From positions 25,036 to 76,203 of the forward strand of contig CAYFFP010000001.1 of NCBI GenBank assembly GCA_964342515.1: DNA of 51,168 nt, given 5' to 3'. Both the position numbers and the translations under genes were made by a program. Shown piece after piece: positions 17,601 to 24,706 of this stretch. The stretch is from an uncultured Candidatus Saccharibacteria bacterium. GTDB taxonomy: Bacteria > Patescibacteriota > Minisyncoccia > Phycocordibacterales > Zambryskibacteraceae. Position 1 is the first letter of the stretch, and every line of letters begins with the position of its first letter. The notes under the pieces were generated by a model. That model saw nothing but the letters and a program-made list of their open reading frames with translations, ran no database searches and was not told the origin of the DNA.

Positions 17601-20600
17601 TCTTGGGCCACGGCGCGGGACATACTCTGCGAGAGATGCTTACCATCAAGTCCGATGACATTCTCGGCAGGTCGGCCGCCTTCGACGCCATTGTCAAGGG
17701 CGACAAAATTCCGGAACCCAATCTGCCCGCGTCCTTTAACGTGCTCCTGAACAACTTGCGCGGCCTCTCGCTTGATATAGAACTGGAAAAGGGCAAGCCG
17801 GATAATATTAATAAAAATATGATCAGTAATTACAGAACCGCTCCGGGAAATAAGGATTTCGAAGCCATCTCCATTAAGTTGGCCAGTCCCGAGCGCATCA
17901 AAGAATGGTCCTACGGCGAAGTGACCAAGCCCGAGACTATCAACTACCGGACGCAGCGAAGCGAAAGAAACGGTCTCTTCGACGAGAAAATCTTCGGACC
18001 AGACAAAGATTTCGAGTGCTACTGCGGCAAGTACCGAGGCGTCCGCTACAAGGGCATTGTTTGCGAGAAATGCGGCGTCGAGATTACCCGCTCCATCGTG
18101 AGGCGCGAACGGATGGGCCACATAGAGCTCGCCAGTCCCGTCGCCCACATCTGGTTTTTGAAAAACGTGCCCTCGAGGATTTCTCTCATCATGGGCATTC
18201 CGGTCGTCGACTTGGAGAAGGTTGTCTACTTTGCCGGTTATATCATCACTTCGGTAGAGATTTCCGAGAAGGAGAAGGTGCTTAAGGACTTGGACTCCGA
18301 GTTCAAGAACAAGATTAAAGGTCTTCAGGACGAGAAGAGCAAAGCCGCTCTCAAAGAGTTGGCCCTTGCCACTAAGAAGGACATCGAAGCGCTGGTGCCG
18401 GGCAAAGTCTTAAATGAAGTCGAGTATCACCGCGCTTCTCTTAAATATCCGACAATTTTTGAAGCCGGCATCGGGGCCGAAGCGGTCTACAATATCCTTA
18501 AAGACACCGACATGCATAAGTTGAAGGAGAAGCTTACGGCGGAGCTTGAGAAGGCGCCGTCCACTGAAATCCCCCGCATCAATAAGCGCCTCTCAACCCT
18601 ACAGTGGATGATTAATGCCGGCACCCGTCCCGAATGGATGTTCCTCATCCGCGTGCCGGTTATTCCGCCCGCCATCCGCCCGATGGTTCCACTCGACGGC
18701 GGCCGTTACGCCACCTCCGATGTCAACGATTTGTATCGCCGCGTCATCAACAGGAATAACCGGTTAAAGAAACTTAAGGAAATCAATGCTCCGGATGTCA
18801 TCCTCCGGAACGAGAAAAGAATTTTACAAGAAGCCGTAGACGCTCTCATCGACAATACCATCCGCCACGGCGGCGCCTCCGGCAGTCAGGCGTTGAGAAG
18901 GCCGCTGAAATCTCTCTCCGATAACCTCAAGGGCAAGCGCGGCCTCTTCCGCCAGAATCTTTTGGGCAAGCGCGTCGACTATTCCGGCCGCTCCGTTATC
19001 GTCGTCGGTCCGGAATTGAAGCTCCACCAGTGCGGCCTGCCCAAACACATGGCCTTGGAACTCTTCAAACCCTTTATCATCAGCGAGCTTTTGAAGCGTG
19101 AGCTTGCCTTCAACATCCCCGGCGCCAAGCGCCTTATCGAGGACGCCGTGCCGGAAGTCTGGGCCATCCTTGAGGAAGAAATCTCCGGCAAATACGTGCT
19201 CTTAAACCGCGCCCCGACGCTCCACCGACTCGGTATCCAAGCCTTCCAGCCGGTGCTTATCGAGGGCAATGCCATCCAGCTTCACCCCTTGGTCTGCACC
19301 GCCTTCAACGCCGACTTCGACGGCGACATGATGGCCGTGCATGTGCCACTCTCGGAGGAAGCGCAAGCCGAGGCGCGCCTTATCATGGCCGCGGACAAAA
19401 ATATCTTGAAGCCCGGCAACGGCGAGCCGATAGTTTCTCCGAGACAAGACGTTGTGCTCGGCACTTACTGGATGACTCGCCTCAAGCCTAATGCCAAAGG
19501 GGAGGGCAAATATTTCTCTTCGCCAAATAGCGCCATATTGGCCTTCGACTTCGATGTCGTCGATATGCGCGCCAAGGTCCATGTGCTTCCTTCAGAGACG
19601 GAGCGCTACAAGCAATTCGATGGGAAGGTCTTCGAAACTACGGTTGGCAGGTTGCTCTTCAATTCAGTATTGCCCAAGGATTATCCTTATATCAATAGGG
19701 AGGTTGGGCGCAAGAAAATGTCAGAATTGATCGACGACCTCTTGGAAAAATATGGAATAGAAAACATTCCGGCAATCATCGATAAAATTAAATCTTTCGG
19801 TTTCCGCTACGCTACCTATTCCGGTATTACTTGGAGCTTGGGAGACGTAAAGATTCCTAAAGGCAAAGACGCATTGATTGAAAAGGGCCGCCAGCAAGTC
19901 ACGCAAATATTCAATCAATATCAAGAGGGCCTTCTCTCAGAGAGCGAACGCATCGTCCGCTCCGTCGAGATTTGGCAGGGCGTAAAATTAGAAATAGAAA
20001 AAATAATGCCGGGAGCGCTAGAAACGACCAATCCTATTTACGACATTATTCATTCCGAAGCCCGCGGCTCGTTCGGCAACCTGAACCAGATGGCGGGCAT
20101 GAAGGGTATTATTGTGGATGTTTCCGGCGAGACTCTCGAATTCCCGATTACTTCAAACTATAAAGAAGGCCTCACCCCGCTCGAATATTTCATCACCACC
20201 CACGGCTCGAGGAAGGGTTTGACGGACACGGCTCTTAACACCGCCAAAGCGGGCTACCTTACCCGCCGCCTCTTCGACGTGGCGCAGGATGAAATTATTA
20301 CCGAAGATGATTGCGGCGCGAAAGAAGGCATCCTCATCCACAAAAAGGCCGCCTCGGGCATAGAGATTCCGCTGTCGAAAAATATTAAAGGGCGCTTTTT
20401 GGCGGCTGATCTTCTCGACAATAGTGGACAAGTTCTCTTCAAAAAATGGCATTTCATCACTCCGGCCGACGCCGCTCTGATAGATAAATCGGCAGTCGAA
20501 GCCGTTAATGTCCGCTCTCCCTTGGGCTGCAGATCCACTCAAGGACTCTGTGTCAAATGCTACGGCACCGACCTTGGCAACAATAAAGTAGTCGAGCTGG

Positions 20601-21472
20601 GCGAGGCCGTCGGTACTGTGGCCGCGCAGGCCATCGGCGAGCCGGGCACCCAGCTTACCATGCGCACCTTCCACGCCGGAGGCGTGGCGGCCGCCTCGGG
20701 CGACATTACCGCCGGACTGCCGCGCGTGGAGGAAATCTTCGAGAAGAGGAAACCCAAGATTCCGGCTATAGTCAGCCACTTGGACGGGGTCGTGACGGAA
20801 ATCAAAGTGGTTGGTCACGACAGAATTATCGTAGTGGCGCCTGAGGCGGGCGAGGTTAAAGGCAAAAAGTTGGATAATGAATATACAGTACCCGCCTCTC
20901 GTGCCTCGCTCATACATATCGGGCAAGGAGTAAAGAAGGGCGATATCTTGACTGACGGTTCGGCGGACCTTGACGAACTCTTCCGCTACGCCGGCAGAGA
21001 AAAGACGGAGAATTATATTATTCACGAAGTCTCCAAGCTTTACGAGCTTCAAGGCGCCGCCGTCGCCCACAAGCACATCGAGCTTATCGTCCGCCAGATG
21101 TTTAGCAGGAGAAAGATTAAAGATCCGGGTAATTCGAAGTTTACTCGCGGCGATGTCGTTGAAGTTTCGGAATTGACCGAGATTAATAACAAGTTAAAGG
21201 AAAGCGGCGGAGAGGAAGCTAAAAGCGATGTCGCCATTATGGGTATTACCGAAGTCTCGCTGTCGAGGGCGTCATTCCTATCGGCGGCTTCCTTCCAGCA
21301 TACGCCAAGAGTCTTGATCCAAGCCGCCATTAAAGGCGTCAAGGATGAGCTGGTCGGTCTTAAAGAGAATGTCATCATCGGACGGCTGATCCCTGCCGGC
21401 ACGGGCTTTAAGGGAGGATACAAGGAGAAGCTCATATGCGAGGCAATGCTCAAACAGTCAAAGAGCGGCTAG
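14654..21472 (+). CDS. rpoBC: Fused DNA-directed RNA polymerase beta-beta' subunit (single 2272-aa ORF)
   Basis: Beta motifs: GRHGNKGV, RMNLGQILE, GGQRFGEMEVWAL. A linker ...ELEKGKPDNINKN-MISNYRTAPGNK... follows. Beta' motifs: CYCGKYRGVRYKGIVCEKCGVE, NADFDGD, and the G-loop/trigger-loop region. Confidence 0.9.
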   Translation: MQKKYFGRFREPLAKMPNLVVSQVESFKWLIERGLKEVFEEFSSIKDFSEKKFQLDFVGFELAEPKIGEFQAKERKLSYEASLKVRVRLKNHIQKSEKEQEIFMADLPLMTSHGTFIISGIERVIVPQLARSTGVSFTGQEIKGKKTFGAKIIPGRGAWIEMETDFDGTIYVRIDRKRKFPVTTLLRSFGAIGNDKIHALFAPMPQAKLYIDKTLAKDHTISADEAAIEIHRRLRDGDLASAENAREFVKLIFDKERYDLSRVGRFRFNNRFGLKVKGSEIERRTLSLDDLVLIISHIVKLNTTPDALADDIDHLGSRRVRFVGELFQMNIRKGMAQIKRNIQNRMSTIDTDVTLPVQFISPKPLQARIKEFFTTNQLSQFMQQINALEELEHLRTVSALGPGGLNRARAGYEVRDVHPSHYGRLCPIQTPEGPNIGLILRQSCYARVNDFGMIETPYAVVENGKITGEIKYLNALEEESFNIAHAATEVKDDVLVPSVVEVRHKGTPTTVPSSLVNFIDVATNQAFSVATSMIPFLNHDDANRALMGSNMQKQATPCILPEVPLVATGVEETAIRDTGRVLFSPVDGKVDEVDAKLIKVRDNKDKVHEFPLVNFSMTNGFTVHHQRPSVELGAKVKKGSVLADTSSSESGQMAVGQNVLVAFMSWSGANYEDAIIISERLLEKSKFANVHIEEFEVAVRDTKLGPEMTTCDIPNVGESKLKNLAEDGIIRVGAEVRPGDILVGKITPKGESQLTPEERLLRSLFGEKARDVKDTSKRMEGGKRGRVISVQVFSREKGDKLDSGILKRIHIQVAQLRNVSVGDKLAGRHGNKGVISRILPVEDMPYMADGTPIDVLLTPLGVPSRMNLGQILEMHLGLAANALNYQAIVPPFAGASEEEIKEELVKAGIPENGKVKLYDGRTGEPFDQDIAIGCMYILKLHHMVEDKIHMRSIGPYSLITQQPLGGKAQNGGQRFGEMEVWALLGHGAGHTLREMLTIKSDDILGRSAAFDAIVKGDKIPEPNLPASFNVLLNNLRGLSLDIELEKGKPDNINKNMISNYRTAPGNKDFEAISIKLASPERIKEWSYGEVTKPETINYRTQRSERNGLFDEKIFGPDKDFECYCGKYRGVRYKGIVCEKCGVEITRSIVRRERMGHIELASPVAHIWFLKNVPSRISLIMGIPVVDLEKVVYFAGYIITSVEISEKEKVLKDLDSEFKNKIKGLQDEKSKAALKELALATKKDIEALVPGKVLNEVEYHRASLKYPTIFEAGIGAEAVYNILKDTDMHKLKEKLTAELEKAPSTEIPRINKRLSTLQWMINAGTRPEWMFLIRVPVIPPAIRPMVPLDGGRYATSDVNDLYRRVINRNNRLKKLKEINAPDVILRNEKRILQEAVDALIDNTIRHGGASGSQALRRPLKSLSDNLKGKRGLFRQNLLGKRVDYSGRSVIVVGPELKLHQCGLPKHMALELFKPFIISELLKRELAFNIPGAKRLIEDAVPEVWAILEEEISGKYVLLNRAPTLHRLGIQAFQPVLIEGNAIQLHPLVCTAFNADFDGDMMAVHVPLSEEAQAEARLIMAADKNILKPGNGEPIVSPRQDVVLGTYWMTRLKPNAKGEGKYFSSPNSAILAFDFDVVDMRAKVHVLPSETERYKQFDGKVFETTVGRLLFNSVLPKDYPYINREVGRKKMSELIDDLLEKYGIENIPAIIDKIKSFGFRYATYSGITWSLGDVKIPKGKDALIEKGRQQVTQIFNQYQEGLLSESERIVRSVEIWQGVKLEIEKIMPGALETTNPIYDIIHSEARGSFGNLNQMAGMKGIIVDVSGETLEFPITSNYKEGLTPLEYFITTHGSRKGLTDTALNTAKAGYLTRRLFDVAQDEIITEDDCGAKEGILIHKKAASGIEIPLSKNIKGRFLAADLLDNSGQVLFKKWHFITPADAALIDKSAVEAVNVRSPLGCRSTQGLCVKCYGTDLGNNKVVELGEAVGTVAAQAIGEPGTQLTMRTFHAGGVAAASGDITAGLPRVEEIFEKRKPKIPAIVSHLDGVVTEIKVVGHDRIIVVAPEAGEVKGKKLDNEYTVPASRASLIHIGQGVKKGDILTDGSADLDELFRYAGREKTENYIIHEVSKLYELQGAAVAHKHIELIVRQMFSRRKIKDPGNSKFTRGDVVEVSELTEINNKLKESGGEEAKSDVAIMGITEVSLSRASFLSAASFQHTPRVLIQAAIKGVKDELVGLKENVIIGRLIPAGTGFKGGYKEKLICEAMLKQSKSG

Positions 21473-22986
21473 ACATAGCCGAAGTCGTAGGGAATTACGT
21501 CAAGCTCGAGAAGGCGGGAACAAGTCTTAAGGCGCGTTGCCCCTTCCATAACGAGAAGACCCCTTCCTTCTTCGTCTCGCCCTCGAGGCAGACATATTAC
21601 TGCTTCGGCTGCGGGGCTAAGGGCGACATCTTCACCTTCATCGAGGAGTTTGAGGGGCTCGAGTTCCGCGAAGCGCTCAAAATGCTTGCGGACAAAGCGG
21701 GAGTCGAGCTTGAAACTTACAGGGAGTCGAAGGGAGTAAAAAGCGAGAAGGATAAAATCCGCGAGGTGTTGGAAGTGGCAACCGAGTTCTTTGAAAATGA
21801 GTTGGAGAAAAATGAGGCGGCGAAAAAATATCTGCTGAAACGCGGCTTGATGAAAGAAATAATCGAGGCTTGGCGACTCGGTTACGCTCCGGCAGAGTGG
21901 AGAGCTCTTTACTCTCATCTTGTAGAGCTTGGTTACGGCAAAGATGTCTTATTGAAAGCCGGATTGGTCAAGCCCGCGGAAGGAAAGGAGCCGTATGACG
22001 TCTTCCGCGACCGCATCATCTTCCCGCTCTCCGATTCTTCCGGCGGTATTATCGCTTTCTCCGGCAGGGCCTTAGGCAAAGATGCCATGCCCAAGTACCT
22101 TAATACTCCCGAGACGGCGCTCTTCACCAAGAGCGAAGTCTTATATGGATTGGATAAGGCCAAGGAGAAAATCAGGAAGAAGAATTACGCCGTATTAGTC
22201 GAGGGGCAGATAGACCTGCTGCTCTCTCATCAAGCGGGGGTGGAGAATACGGTCGCCTCGAGCGGCACCGCTTTTACGCGGGGGCATTTGGAAAGGCTTA
22301 GCCGCCTTTCCAAAAGAATTATTCTTGCCTTCGACGGCGACAAAGCGGGAGAGCTTGCGGCGGAGAAATCCGCGGAACTCGCTCTCTCGCTTGGTCTTGA
22401 AGTAAAGGTGGCCAAGCTTCCGGACGGAGAAGATCCGGCCTCAATTGTTTCCGGAAGCGGCGATAAATGGAAAGAAATCCTGCGTTCTTCAAAGCCCGCC
22501 ATTGAGCATTTCTTGGATAGAATTCTTGAAGAAGAGAAAGATAAAAGAAAGGCCGGTAAGCTTATCGAGAAAAAACTCTTACCCCTCGCGGCGCTTCTTC
22601 AAAGTTCAATCGAGAGATCTCACTTCACTTCGCTTATCGCCAAGCGCGCGGGGATTAAAGAGGAGGTCATTTGGGAGGATTTGAAAAGAGTTAAATTGGC
22701 CGGAGTTTCGTCTAAAAAAGAGGATACGGAAGATGCCTCTGGGCGCATAGAGAGGCGCTCGAGAGCCGACGAATATAAGGAAGTCGGCGAATTTCTCAAA
22801 GAGAATCCTCTCGATAAAGCACTCCTTGCCCAGAAGGAAGAACTTGAGAGACTTATGAAAATAGATGAGCTTGACGCAAAAATAGAAGTTCTGCGGTTTA
22901 GGTTAAGAGAGGGCGATGATGGAGTGTTGGAGAGAATCCATACGCTTACTCGTGAAAGAGATGACATAAAGCGCGAGGCATTGTAA
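21436..22986 (+). CDS. dnaG: DNA primase
   Basis: Zn finger CPFHNEKTPSFFVS...YYCFGCGAKGD; TOPRIM region VLVEGQIDLL...AFDGDKAG. Overlaps the rpoBC 3' end by 37 nt. Confidence 0.9.
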   Translation: MRGNAQTVKERLDIAEVVGNYVKLEKAGTSLKARCPFHNEKTPSFFVSPSRQTYYCFGCGAKGDIFTFIEEFEGLEFREALKMLADKAGVELETYRESKGVKSEKDKIREVLEVATEFFENELEKNEAAKKYLLKRGLMKEIIEAWRLGYAPAEWRALYSHLVELGYGKDVLLKAGLVKPAEGKEPYDVFRDRIIFPLSDSSGGIIAFSGRALGKDAMPKYLNTPETALFTKSEVLYGLDKAKEKIRKKNYAVLVEGQIDLLLSHQAGVENTVASSGTAFTRGHLERLSRLSKRIILAFDGDKAGELAAEKSAELALSLGLEVKVAKLPDGEDPASIVSGSGDKWKEILRSSKPAIEHFLDRILEEEKDKRKAGKLIEKKLLPLAALLQSSIERSHFTSLIAKRAGIKEEVIWEDLKRVKLAGVSSKKEDTEDASGRIERRSRADEYKEVGEFLKENPLDKALLAQKEELERLMKIDELDAKIEVLRFRLREGDDGVLERIHTLTRERDDIKREAL

Positions 22987-22995
22987 AATAAACAT

Positions 22996-24174
22996 TTGTT
23001 CGTGAAAAAAAATAAAAAACAAAAGCATAGGAAAATCAAGAAACCGGCCAAAAAGCGGGTCAAAAAGGTAAAAAAAATAAAAGCCAGACCGAAAAAGGTC
23101 GGCAAGCGCAAATTAGAACAGACGCTTAGGATGGAGCGGCTTATTGTCCGCGGCAAGGAGCGCGGCTTCGTCACTTACGACGAGATTTTGCGCGAGTTCC
23201 CGACTATCGAGAATGACATTATCTTTCTTGACGAAATGTACGAGAAACTTCACGGCTCGGGCATCGATATTCTCGAGGGCGGAGGGCTTCTGGAACTCCC
23301 GGAGATAGAGGACAAGAAGTACGCTTACTCGCGCGACAGCTCTTCTTATGACTCCATCCAAATGTACTTGCGGGAGATCGGCCAGTATCCGCTCATTGCC
23401 GGCGCCATGGAAAAGGAGCTCGCCAAGCGTATTGAGGCGGGCGATGAAGACGCCAAAAACCTCCTGATGAAGGCCAATTTGCGTCTGGTAGTTTCTATTG
23501 CCAAGAAGTATGCCAACAGAAGTCCGGACTTAACGCTGCTTGATCTAATACAGGAGGGTAATCTGGGACTGCATAAAGCGGTGGAGAAGTTTGATTGGAC
23601 AAAAGGATTCAAATTCTCGACTTATGCCACTTGGTGGATCCGTCAAGCCATTACCAGAGCGCTGGCCGACCAGTCGAGGACTATCCGCGTGCCGGTGCAT
23701 ATGGTTGAAACTATCGCCAAGTACAAACAGGTGGTCCGACGCTTGACGCAGGACTTGGGCCGCGAGCCCCTGCCGGAGGAGATTGCCATGGAGATGAACT
23801 TGGACGTTGAGAAGATTTATCAGATAGAAAAGATCGACCAAGCGACCGTTTCGCTCGAGACGCCGGTAGGGGACGCCGATGATGATAAAAGCAAGCTCGG
23901 AGACTTTCTGGCCGATGACAAAATTCTCTCTCCGGATCAAGACTCATCGCGCCGGATAATCTCGGACCAAGTGAAAGAAATCTTAAACGACCTTCCGCCG
24001 AAGGAGCGGAAGATTCTCGAAATGCGCCACGGCCTGCTTGACGGCTATACTCATACGCTCGAAGAAGTAGGCAAAGTCTTCGGCGTCACCCGCGAGCGCA
24101 TCCGCCAAATCGAAGCCAAAGCGCACGAAAAAATCCGCCAGCATGAGAAGATTGACAGATTGAGAGGGTATTAA
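22996..24174 (+). CDS. rpoD: Primary sigma factor (sigma-70/RpoD) with polybasic N-terminal tail
   Basis: Region 2 [40 protein letters not shown], region 3, and region 4 [25 protein letters not shown] or GTG start. Confidence 0.9.
   Translation: MFVKKNKKQKHRKIKKPAKKRVKKVKKIKARPKKVGKRKLEQTLRMERLIVRGKERGFVTYDEILREFPTIENDIIFLDEMYEKLHGSGIDILEGGGLLELPEIEDKKYAYSRDSSSYDSIQMYLREIGQYPLIAGAMEKELAKRIEAGDEDAKNLLMKANLRLVVSIAKKYANRSPDLTLLDLIQEGNLGLHKAVEKFDWTKGFKFSTYATWWIRQAITRALADQSRTIRVPVHMVETIAKYKQVVRRLTQDLGREPLPEEIAMEMNLDVEKIYQIEKIDQATVSLETPVGDADDDKSKLGDFLADDKILSPDQDSSRRIISDQVKEILNDLPPKERKILEMRHGLLDGYTHTLEEVGKVFGVTRERIRQIEAKAHEKIRQHEKIDRLRGY
24130..24174 (+). repeat. Direct repeat copy A (authentic rpoD 3' end, encodes [14 protein letters not shown])
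   Basis: Aligns with 24536..24585 (AAAATCCGCCAGCAyGArAA...TTGACA...ATTGAGA...). Confidence 0.6.
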
Positions 24175-24185
24175 TTTCTCTCCAA

Positions 24186-24485
24186 TTGCGTTATCATAGA
24201 TATATGAAGAAAACTTATTCCATAAGGACAAAATATGGTCTCTTCCGAGCGTTTATTTGGCAGGATAAACGAGATAAGTTTTATCTTGTTGAGGTGCCAA
24301 GCTTCGATAAAGCCATGACCCAGGGCTACACTTTGGCAGAAGCAAAGGAAATGGCAGCTGATCTTATTAATCTCTTGTGTGAAGACGCTATGGATAACGG
24401 GAAGGTTGTGATAGATGACAATCGACGAGTGTTTGCTCGCGGCAAGTTAGCGCGTAAAACTGGGCCAGTCTTTATTACTGCATGA
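24186..24485 (+). CDS. HicB-like antitoxin, solitary (likely start ATG 24204)
   Basis: FYLVEVPSFDKAMTQGYTLAEAKEMAADLINLL matches the HicB/UPF0150 core. An 8-codon ATGA-overlapped stub (MSLLSGLR*) lies where a toxin gene would begin. Confidence 0.55.
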   Translation: MRYHRYMKKTYSIRTKYGLFRAFIWQDKRDKFYLVEVPSFDKAMTQGYTLAEAKEMAADLINLLCEDAMDNGKVVIDDNRRVFARGKLARKTGPVFITA

Positions 24486-24535
24486 GCTTGCTATCCGGTC
24501 TTCGCTAAAAGAATTTCTGAAATTATTGGGCAAAT

Positions 24536-24585
24536 AAAATCCGCCAGCACGAAAAAATAATTGACATAAATTGAGATAGTGATAA
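24536..24585 (+). repeat. Direct repeat copy B (displaced rpoD 3' end, would encode [12 protein letters not shown])
   Basis: About 75% identical to 24130..24174 with small indels. Confidence 0.6.
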
Positions 24586-24588
24586 AAT
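24561..24588 (+). promoter_or_regulatory. Near-consensus promoter TTGACA-16-TGaTAAAAT
   Basis: Read directly. Lies inside repeat copy B, ~120 nt upstream of the DUF2779 ATG. Confidence 0.5.
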
Positions 24589-24605
24589 TAAATTGTTTAA
24601 TAAAC

Positions 24606-24700
24606 CGACACGAACCCCCGGAGGTGAGGATCCGCTTAGGCCACTAACCCCTCGTATAGGTTAGAATATCCTAAGTAATACACCGAAGGGGGTTTAGTCG
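24606..24700 (+). ncRNA. 95-nt extended hairpin leader that pairs the SD of the DUF2779 gene
   Basis: Nested stems: CGAC/GTCG, AACCCCC/GGGGGTT, GGTG/CACC, CTTAGG/CCTAAG, CTAACC/GGTTAG. The only purine-rich SD (GAAGGGGG, 24685-24692) lies in the second stem. Confidence 0.5.
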
Positions 24701-24706
24701 TTAATT

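Noticed and set aside
15424-21453. Many long antisense or out-of-frame ORFs inside rpoBC (e.g. 17300-18148, 282 aa; 20153-21076, 307 aa; 19202-19582).
   Set aside because: They lie entirely within an unambiguous, motif-rich RNAP ORF. Their translations are low-complexity (Arg/Gly/Ala-rich) with no motifs, which is the typical shadow-ORF pattern of moderately GC-rich coding DNA.
22620-23174. 184-aa minus-strand ORF spanning the dnaG/rpoD junction.
   Set aside because: It is the Phe/Leu/Ser-rich mirror image of the Lys/Glu-rich dnaG C-terminus and the polylysine rpoD N-terminus. There is no independent support.
24606-24700. SRP (4.5S) RNA, tRNA or a known riboswitch for the long hairpin upstream of the DUF2779 gene.
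   Set aside because: It has no GGAA/GNRA-capped domain IV motif (…GGUCCGGAAGGAAGCAGC…), no cloverleaf and no recognisable riboswitch core. It is treated as a novel cis-leader instead.
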